A DNA stretch of 6,039 nt from Octopus sinensis (lineage: Eukaryota): assembly GCF_006345805.1 (NCBI RefSeq), contig NW_021829507.1:1-6039 (forward strand), read 5' to 3'. Position 1 is the stretch's first letter, and each line of letters begins with the position of its first letter. Shown piece by piece: positions 1-6,039 of this stretch. The translations under genes and the position numbers were made by a program. The notes under the pieces are model-generated. The model saw only the letters and a program-made list of their open reading frames with translations, was not told the DNA's origin and did no database searches.

Positions 1-228
1 TCCAGGGATTTTTCCTCGCATATATGACCGAAATATGCCAATCTACGCTTCTAGCGACATTTTCGGCCCTATCTGCTTAAGAACTTTTCCATTGGTGAGC
101 CTCGCTGTCCATGGAATCCGAAAAAGTCTTCTCCAACACCAAAGCTCGAATGCATTAACTCTCTTCTGGTCAGCATTCACCAATCTGCATTTGGTAGCGA
201 GTCTGATGTCTCTACTCTTCCAGACCCT
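1..228 (-). mobile_element. RTE (BovB-like) LINE fragment, ORF2 region C-terminal to the RT domain; decayed, 5'-truncated, runs off the window
   Basis: Manual minus-strand translation from 222: WKSRDIRLATKCRLVNADQKRVNAFELWCWRRLFRIPWTARLTNGKVLKQIGPKMSLEA* (stop at 43-45), then in a shifted frame LAYFGHI. AFELWCWRR..RIPWTAR and YFGHI are hallmark RTE/BovB motifs. The usual LVF..YG.E.WTL block is missing near 172-174. Confidence 0.9.
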
Positions 229-240
229 GACCCTGACCCT
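223..240. repeat. (GACCCT)3 hexamer repeat at the RTE 5' junction
   Basis: gaccct x3 at 223-240, directly followed by (AT)n. Confidence 0.9.
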
Positions 241-358
241 ATATATATATATATAAAGTTAATCCAAACATGAAAACACAAAGGGAAAACACAACAACGC
301 GAGGACGTGGAACAAGTATAGTGTTATATATATATTTAGACACATGAGGAATCCAAAA

Positions 359-396
<38 letters not shown>
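241..396. repeat. (AT)n tracts at 241-255, ~326-335 and 361-396 ((AT)18), separated by short non-repetitive inserts
   Basis: Read directly from the sequence. Confidence 0.95.
256..326 (-). mobile_element. Probable 3' terminal fragment of a Penelope-like/hammerhead-type short repeat, lacking the ribozyme
   Basis: Reverse complement taacactatacttgttccacgtcctcgcgttgttgtgttttccctttgtgttttcatgtttggattaactt loosely resembles 2984-3045 (taatacacctgcttgttgttcc...ttttgtttttctgtaaatttgaac) and also ends in a TA-type microsatellite. The family assignment is partly from recall. Confidence 0.4.
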
Positions 397-399
<3 letters not shown>

Positions 400-550
400 C
401 GTGATCACCGTGACCGACCAGGCTATCAGATGTTGCCACACATCGCTGGTCACAATGTTTTAGCATTCAAATGGCGGCACCCCCGCTGGCTAAGCGAGCA
501 GACCAAAGGAAGAAAGAGTGAGAGAAAGTTGTGGCGAAAGAGTACAGCAG
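395..550 (-). mobile_element. 3' half of a tRNA-derived SINE, head missing
   Basis: Reverse complement begins ctgctgtactctttcgccac, matching ctgctg-actctttcgccac (5036-5054) inside the SINE at 4906-5180. It ends in a 9-bp tandem repeat (atcaccgtg x2, 395-412) against (AT)18. Confidence 0.7.
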
Positions 551-881
551 ATGACAACGTGTCTCTAAAAGAAATGGAGAAACTTTCAAAATACAAAGAC
601 CTGGAAATAGAGGTAACCAGAATGTGGAATCTAAAAACAGAAACAATCCCTATCATTAGGCATGATAAAAAAATATTCAGACAAATACATAACAAAAACA
701 CCAGGACTTACAAACACATATAACATACAGAAAATTGCACTACTAGGCACTGCACACATCCTACGCAGAACACTTTCCATACAATAACCATCAGAGCATC
801 ACAACAAATCACAGCACATACCCAAGGCACACAGAGCTGCGCTCGGTAGTGAAGTGAAAGCACGATATAAAAATAAAACTA

Positions 882-884
<3 letters not shown>
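545..884 (+). mobile_element. 3' end of an R4/Dong-clade non-LTR retrotransposon: C-terminus of the restriction-like endonuclease domain plus ~97-bp 3' UTR, with an (AAT)n tail
   Basis: Frame 1: ADDNVSLKEMEKLSKYKDLEIEVTRMWNLKTETIPII. After a frameshift near 655: LGMIKKYSDKYITKTPGLTNTYNIQKIALLGTAHILRRTLSIQ* (TAA 785-787). KY.DL..E..R.W....P...G.LG and Q K.ALLGTAHILRR are typical of R4/Dong RLE C-termini. Dong-type elements are known to be associated with (TAA)n. Confidence 0.88.
547..787 (+). pseudogene. Frameshifted RLE-domain ORF remnant of the R4/Dong-like element
   Basis: Two overlapping reading frames join at 655-658. The expected (V)GA before LG is missing. The ORF-track entry 430..723 covers only the first frame. 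Confidence 0.8.

Positions 885-920
<36 letters not shown>
885..920. repeat. (AAT)12 microsatellite shared as the tail of two convergent retroposons
   Basis: Perfect 36-nt tract. Confidence 0.97.
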
Positions 921-1029
921 CCTTTCCACTGAAGGCACAAGGCCTGAAATTTGGTGGGAGGGGGCTAGTCGAGTACATCGACCCCCGTGTTTCACTGGTA
1001 CTTAATTTATCGACCACGAAAGGATGAAA
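921..1029 (-). mobile_element. 3' half of a tRNA-derived SINE, same family as 1901-2027 and 5191-5432
   Basis: Reverse complement tttcatcctttcgtggtcgataaattaagtaccagtgaaacacgggggtcgatgtactcgact...ccttgtgcc aligns with 5293-5406 (tgtcatcctctgggggttgataaaaataagtaccagttaagcattgaggtcgatggcattgac...ccttgtgtc). It ends in (ATT)n on the minus strand. Confidence 0.8.
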
Positions 1030-1030
1030 T

Positions 1031-1057
1031 GATGATGATGATGATGATGATGATGAT
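1031..1057. repeat. (GAT)9 microsatellite
   Basis: Read directly from the sequence. Confidence 0.97.
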
Positions 1058-1186
1058 ACATCATTCTGATAGTTGCTTAATGTCCTCAAGACAACCACAA
1101 TCGTGACGATGTGTCGCAACTGCTTGTACTTTATAAAATCTTAGACTTCATGTAAATGTTACCAAGCATATATAGAATGTGGAAGT

Positions 1187-1206
1187 TCTCTGCCTGCCTG
1201 CCTGCC

Positions 1207-1253
<47 letters not shown>
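1187..1253. repeat. Compound (CTGC)n-(CTGT)n-(CT)n microsatellite
   Basis: Read directly from the sequence. Confidence 0.95.
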
Positions 1254-1308
1254 GCTCTGCTTTCTTTTTCTCTTTCGACATTCTCATTTTCTTAGTGATC
1301 CTCTTCAT

Positions 1309-1458
<150 letters not shown>

Positions 1459-1479
1459 TCTGAACACGTACACTTTTAA

Positions 1480-1775
1480 CCATCGCAGGTAAGGGGGAGA
1501 CGGTGGAGGTTTGTTAGGACAGATGTTACTTCATGTGCTGCTGTATTGGAGCCAGATTTCTTTGTGCTTGATGAAGTATTGGAGAAGCCTGTTCAGCAGC
1601 GACTAGAAATTAATGGGAGAATAAGTGTGAAGTCATCTGAAGAGATTCGATGAATGTTGAAAGGAGGTGCAGGACGGTCGTGTTGGCAGATGTAGTTTAA
1701 AAAGAGTGGGTGGCAGGACGGATCCTTGTGGTGCTCCATTTGGGAAACTTACGAGTTATGTGCGTATCCGTTTGT
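1480..1775 (-). pseudogene. Highly degenerate non-LTR reverse transcriptase core fragment (about domains 4-6); clade unassigned, boundaries approximate
   Basis: Minus strand: FPNGAPQGSVLPPTLFKLHL (GAPQGSVL starts at 1737; compare G.PQGS.LSP.LF). After a frameshift: HDRPAPPFNIHRISSDDFTLI, with SDD at 1640-1632 where YADD is expected. Then NRLLQYFIKHKEIWLQ. Not present in the ORF track. Confidence 0.75.
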
Positions 1776-1900
1776 ATAGTTCATAGGTTTCTGAAAGCTG
1801 TGTTGCAGTGATTTAGCCGCAAATCAGCTGCGATCAAGACTTCATACAGTTCTTTCGATATAGGCGCATGCGTAGCTGTGTGACAAGCTTGCAATTATAA

Positions 1901-2027
1901 TATCAACTCCGAAAGGATGGAAGGCAAAGGCACATCGGCAAAATTTGAACTCACAACGTAAAGCCGGAAGAAATGTCGTCAAGTGTTTAGTCCGATGTAC
2001 TAACGATTTTGCCAGTGCGCCACCTTA
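1901..2027 (-). mobile_element. 5' half (tRNA-related head) of a SINE
   Basis: Reverse complement taaggtggcgcactggcaaaatcgttagtacatcggac...tttacgttgtgagttcaaattttgccgatgtgcctttgccttccatcctttcggagttgata aligns colinearly with 5191-5313. A-box-like tggcaaaatcg and B-box-like gagttcaaatt are present. Confidence 0.82.
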
Positions 2028-2448
2028 AGAGCCAAAAAAGACAATCTAGCTGTGACCATTCTGTCATTTCTTTAGCGTTTCCGGGAGAACCTTATCTCGT
2101 GTGTCCTTCCCGCTTTAAGACAGTATGGCGTACTTTGTTGGCACGTGATGGTTGCAGTAATTTCATTTGCTGTTTGTTTATAATACACCTTATGGTGTCA
2201 TACTTGAAATCGATATTCGATCGCGTAATCTTCTCGTTATTCTTACTGTCAGTAAAAGCAGCGACGTTCGTTAGTTTCTGTTTTTTTCTTTTTCAGGTCA
2301 TTTGTAATGGAATCAAAAATCTTTACGATTTCAAGTGTAAAACAATTGATTTTTTGAATTTTTATTTTTTTTAATATGTGATGGTTGGACGATAAACTAT
2401 GTTTACCGTCGATTTTTTAATATGAGTTTATATTAATCGCTAAACACG

Positions 2449-2616
2449 CGTGTATATGTATCTATATAAGTATGTATGTATGTATGTATGTATGTATGTA
2501 TGTATGTATGTATGTATGTATGTATGCATGCATGTATGTATGTATGTATATATATATGTGTGTGTGAGTGTTTGTATATATGTATATATATGTATGTAGG
2601 TATGTATGTGTGTGTG

Positions 2617-2654
<38 letters not shown>

Positions 2655-2810
2655 CATGTTTATGTATATATATATGTATACATACATATATAATCATTCG
2701 AACAGACCTATATGTGTGGGTGTGAGTATGTATGTAATGTATGTATGTATGTATGTATGTATAAATATGTATGTATGTATATATATATATACATATATAT
2801 ACACATACAT
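2449..2810. repeat. Compound (TATG)n/(TA)n/(TG)n microsatellite with an embedded 20-nt motif at 2691-2710
   Basis: Read directly from the sequence. Confidence 0.95.
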
Positions 2811-3060
2811 AATCACATAAGCCGTGATATACGCTATGTTGGACCGCTGAACTCTACGCTGCTTTTTTCTCATCCGATTTTTTTTTCTTTTCGTTCTCTC
2901 TTCATTTTTCCCCCTCTTCCTTTCTGTCGAAGAGCGTAGGCTCGAAACGTAAAAGACTTTTTCATTTTTCCTGAGCGTCAAACTAATACACCTGCTTGTT
3001 GTTCCTACACCTGTCTACGTCTTTTGTTTTTCTGTAAATTTGAACCACATACATAATCAC
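2802..3060 (+). mobile_element. 229-bp non-autonomous hammerhead-bearing element (Penelope-derived/retrozyme-like, 2817-3045) flanked by a perfect 15-bp direct repeat
   Basis: cacatacataatcac occurs at 2802-2816 and 3046-3060. There is a hammerhead motif at 2920-2955 and no coding capacity. Confidence 0.7.
2920..2955 (+). ncRNA. Minimal type I hammerhead ribozyme motif, variant core
   Basis: Stem I CUUU (2920-2923) / AAAG (2952-2955). Core CUGUCGA (2924-2930; canonical CUGANGA) plus an extra A at 2931. Stem II GAGC-GUAG-GCUC (2932-2943). Then GAA and a palindromic ACGU stem III (2947-2950). The predicted cleavage triplet is GUA, cutting after 2951. This matches the dimer-cleaving small hammerheads described for Penelope-like elements. 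Confidence 0.78.
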
Positions 3061-3100
3061 TCGGACAGACTTATATATATATAGAGAGATAGATAGATAA

Positions 3101-3247
3101 GTTTCTTTATTGGCCACACAGGGCTGCACACAGATGGGACAAGTTACAAGGTAGAGCTTTTCTTTTGGGGGATGAAAAAAAAAGGGTTGGCGTAGGTTTT
3201 CGATCAAGAGGGATCGTAAAAGGGAAGAAAAGAACGAAACAAAAAAA

Positions 3248-3278
<31 letters not shown>

Positions 3279-3498
3279 AATAAAAAGAATAAAAAGAAAA
3301 AATAAGAAAAGGAAAAGGAACAAAAGAAAAGAGAAATGAAAAAAGAAGAAAAAAGGGGAAGAGGAAAAAAAAAAGAACGATCAATAGGGATCGTGTATCA
3401 CAGTGTTATGATATATGGTGTAAAGGGGAAAGCAAGTAAGGTTTATCCGTGGGAAGAAAAGCCTACGAAAAAGACCACGGTAACCTTGAGACTACCGA
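3101..3498 (-). mobile_element. 3' end of a non-LTR retrotransposon, copy A (5'-truncated, family unassigned)
   Basis: On the minus strand it ends ...cagccctgtgtggccAATAAAgaaac (AATAAA = 3111-3106) followed by a (TATC)n tail. 3101-3403 aligns with 3592-3752 except for an expanded A-rich/(AAAT)n tract at ~3220-3377. No coding sequence is available to fix the clade. Confidence 0.65.
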
Positions 3499-3590
3499 TA
3501 GATAGATAGATAGATAGATAGATGATAGATAGAATAGATAGATAGATAGTATATAGTAGATAGAGATATAGATAGATAGATAGATAGATA
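3497..3590. repeat. Interrupted (GATA)n microsatellite
   Basis: Read directly from the sequence. Confidence 0.95.
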
Positions 3591-3591
3591 T

Positions 3592-3752
3592 GTTTCTTTA
3601 TTAGCCACACAGGGCTGAACACAGAGGGGACAAATTACAAAGTAGAGCTTTTCTTTTGGGGGAGAAAAATATAAAAAGTGGGTAGGTTTTCAATCAAAAG
3701 GGATCGTAAAAAAGAAAGAAAAAAAGCGATCAATAGGGATCGTGTATCTCAG
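3592..3752 (-). mobile_element. 3' end of the same non-LTR element, copy B (shorter 5' truncation)
   Basis: gtttctttattagccacacagggctgaacacagag...gtagagcttttcttttggggga...gatcaatagggatcgtgtat matches copy A. (GATA)n lies on both sides. Confidence 0.65.
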
Positions 3753-3754
3753 AA

Positions 3755-3821
3755 AGATAGATAGATAGATATAGATACCCAAACACACACACACACACAC
3801 ACATACATATTTATATGTATA
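3755..3821. repeat. (GATA)n, (AC)n and (TA)-rich simple repeats
   Basis: Read directly from the sequence. Confidence 0.9.
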
Positions 3822-4120
3822 TAAACACATGTATTGAATAGATAAACAGGTGTTGACATTGGACGGTAAACACATGTTGCTGTTGTTGTTGTGCTATCCC
3901 CCCCGCCCCTCCCAAAAACAACTCTAATCACTCGGACAGACCTATCACGAAAACTGTTCCCGCTTTCACATATTCTTAAAGCATAATGTATCCGGAATTG
4001 TACAATATGAAATAGCCTTCATTTATTAAGATGTTAGGGTGAAAGTCAAGAGAAATTTTGCTACTATTTCTAGCAAAATGACTATGTGGAAGCATTCCTC
4101 TTTCGGATTGAATAGTTAAG

Positions 4121-4208
<88 letters not shown>

Positions 4209-4256
4209 CTTTCTCTCCCTCTCTCGCTCATATATATATATATGTGAGTGTGTGTG

Positions 4257-4292
<36 letters not shown>

Positions 4293-4336
4293 TGTATGTA
4301 TGTGGGTATGTATGTATGTGTATATACGTATATGGG

Positions 4337-4386
<50 letters not shown>

Positions 4387-4488
4387 CATTCGAACAGACC
4401 TATAAGTGTGTATGTATGCATATATGTATAAGTATGTATGTATATATATATATCTGTCTGTCTGTCTATCTGTCTGTCCGTCCGTCTG

Positions 4489-4547
<59 letters not shown>

Positions 4548-4590
4548 GTCTGTCTGTCTGTCTGTCTATCTGTATCTCTGTCTTTCCCTC
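4121..4590. repeat. Compound microsatellite: (ATCT)22 at 4121-4208, then (CT)n, (TATG)n, (TA)n, the 20-nt motif at 4383-4402, and (TCTG)n/(TCTA)n
   Basis: Read directly from the sequence. Confidence 0.95.
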
Positions 4591-4905
4591 TGTCAGTCTA
4601 CTTCGTTCGTTCATGGTGAGGTGCATGTTTTTAAAGAGAAATCTATGCGGGGTGTGCGATAAAAAACGACCCGATAAACAAATTTAAGCAAAATGCTATG
4701 CAGGCATACCTAAAACAATGGCCAACTGCATGAAATACGAGAGCAATCGAATCGTAGCTGACCAGACTCAACTAATTACAGTGATTAGTAGTAATTGTTA
4801 ATTGCGAAACAGTTGACCAATTACACTTGCAATAAATATTTTATTGTCTGGCTGGAAATCAAGAAAAGCCGTACTAGGAAATTAGTATACATTATTATAA
4901 TTGTA

Positions 4906-5180
4906 GTGGAGGCACATGGCCTAGTGGTTAGAGCAGCGGATTCGCAGTCGTGGAATCTCAGACCGGGTGATGTGTGTGTTTATGAGCGAAACACCTAACC
5001 TCCACGCGGCTCCGGCAGAAGGTAATGGCGAACCTCTGCTGACTCTTTCGCCACTCCTCTTGCATCTTGCAGCTCATCTGCGACGGACTGGCGTCCCGCC
5101 CAGGTGGGGGACCTATACGCCAAGGAAAGCGGGAAACCGGCCCTTATGAACCAGGCATGGCTCGAGAAGGAAGAAACAAA
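4906..5180 (+). mobile_element. Near full-length tRNA-derived SINE with a 12-bp target-site duplication and a V-domain-like 3' part
   Basis: A-box tggcctagtggt at 4917-4928. The B-box looks eroded (gtcgtggaatctcag). The TSD attataattgta is at 4894-4905 and 5181-5192. ctgcgacggactggcgtcccgcccagg (5078-5104) resembles, from recall, the V-SINE CCTGCGATGGACTGGC motif. The tail is A-rich. Confidence 0.88.
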
Positions 5181-5190
5181 ATTATAATTG

Positions 5191-5432
5191 TAAGGGCTGG
5201 CGGAATCGTTTGCACGTCGGACAAAATGCTTAGCGGTATTTCTTCCAACTCTTTACGTTCTGTGTTCAAATACCGCCAACGTCGACTTTGCCTGTCATCC
5301 TCTGGGGGTTGATAAAAATAAGTACCAGTTAAGCATTGAGGTCGATGGCATTGACCTACTCTCTCTCTCTCTCTCTCTCTCTCTCCTCAAATGCTAACCT
5401 TGTGTCAAAATTTGGAACTGTTAATTTAATTA
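5191..5432 (+). mobile_element. Older, diverged tRNA-derived SINE (octopus OR-type-like) with an internal (CT)n
   Basis: A-box-like tggcggaatcg and B-box-like gttcaaatacc (5264-5274). It is homologous to both 1901-2027 and 921-1029 on the minus strand. (CT)n lies at ~5358-5385, and there is a degenerate ATT-type tail. Confidence 0.8.
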
Positions 5433-5677
5433 CAAGGAATATAACTGAAGCAACACCAAATACACTTTGCAAACACATTTCTGCTAATCCATACACTTCA
5501 ATATATTAATATCATGGAAAGTTATGTTTACAGTTGAATGGTCTTGAAACTTTAAAATTACGATCTGAGATGTCTAAAATTTAATTTATTCGGTGGAAAG
5601 ATGTCAGCAGATTTGAGATCACTAAAAAATTCAGTTACATATTGTTTGAAGACCTGATTAACAAAAGGCGTTACACA

Positions 5678-6039
5678 GGCGCAGGAGTGGCTGTGTGGTA
5701 AGTAGCTTGATTACCAACCACATTGTTCCGGGTTCAGTCCCACTGCGTGGCACCTTGGGCAAGTGTCTTCTACTATAGCCACGGGCCAACCAATGCCTTG
5801 TGAGTGGATTTGGTAGACGGAAAGTGAAATAGCCTGCCGTATATATGTATATATATATGTATATGTGTGTATGTTTGTGTGTCTGTGTTTATCCCCCCAA
5901 CATCGCTTGACAACCGATGCTGGGGTGTTTACGTCCCCGTCACTTAGCGGTTCGGCAAAGGAGACCGATAAAATAAATACTAGGCTTACAAAGAATAAGT
6001 CCTGGGTTCGATTTGCTTGACTAAGGCGGTGCTCCAGCA
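5678..6039 (+). mobile_element. tRNA-derived CORE-type SINE with an internal TA/TG microsatellite; runs off the window
   Basis: A-box tggctgtgtggt at 5688-5699 and B-box ggttcagtccc at 5731-5741. gcaccttgggcaagtgtctt (5750-5769) matches the CORE/MIR-like ccttgggcaagt signature. The microsatellite is at ~5840-5888. Confidence 0.9.

Noticed and set aside
430-723. 97-aa ORF as a real chimeric protein
   Set aside because: Its N-terminal half is antisense SINE and its C-terminal end is out of frame with the RLE domain. It is an accidental read-through across a junction.
1486-2300. Good splice donor (CAG|GTAAGG, 1488/1489) and acceptor (polypyrimidine-CAG|G, 2296/2297)
   Set aside because: The upstream exon would be (GT)n, the donor lies at the edge of an antisense RT relic, and no credible coding exon follows the acceptor. 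RNA-seq junction reads would be needed.
2009-2374. 121-aa plus-strand ORF
   Set aside because: It starts at a non-ATG codon inside an antisense SINE head, has low-complexity F/L-rich composition, and shows no recognisable motif.
2388-2410. Hairpin gacgataaac-tat-gtttaccgtc as a Helitron 3' end or terminator
   Set aside because: There is no CTRR terminus at the expected distance on either strand, and intrinsic terminators are not relevant in this context.
2691-4402. The four 20-nt motif copies as a CRISPR-like array
   Set aside because: Start-to-start spacing is irregular (363, 871, 458 bp), the intervening DNA is microsatellite or transposon, and the context is eukaryotic.
5433-5677. AT-rich unique stretch
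   Set aside because: No ORF, repeat or structure that I can support.
4906-5750. tRNA genes at 4906, 5191 and 5678
   Set aside because: A/B boxes are present but no cloverleaf acceptor stem closes, and each continues into a SINE body.

Overview
Non-coding, repeat-saturated animal genomic DNA. The SINE families and microsatellite load look cephalopod, most likely Octopus; this is from recalled families, not a search. No intact host gene is visible. Nearly all ORFs in the supplied track are microsatellite translations. The window contains: three decayed non-LTR retrotransposon coding fragments (RTE/BovB-like, R4/Dong-like RLE end, a degenerate RT core); two tandem 3' ends of another non-LTR element within (GATA)n; five to six tRNA-derived SINE pieces; and many simple repeats. 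The best candidate for something unusual is a 229-bp non-coding element (2817-3045). It is flanked by a perfect 15-bp direct repeat, carries a minimal type I hammerhead ribozyme motif (2920-2955) of the Penelope/retrozyme kind with a non-canonical core, and interrupts a 20-nt motif that occurs four times in the window. Ribozyme activity and novelty cannot be established from sequence alone.
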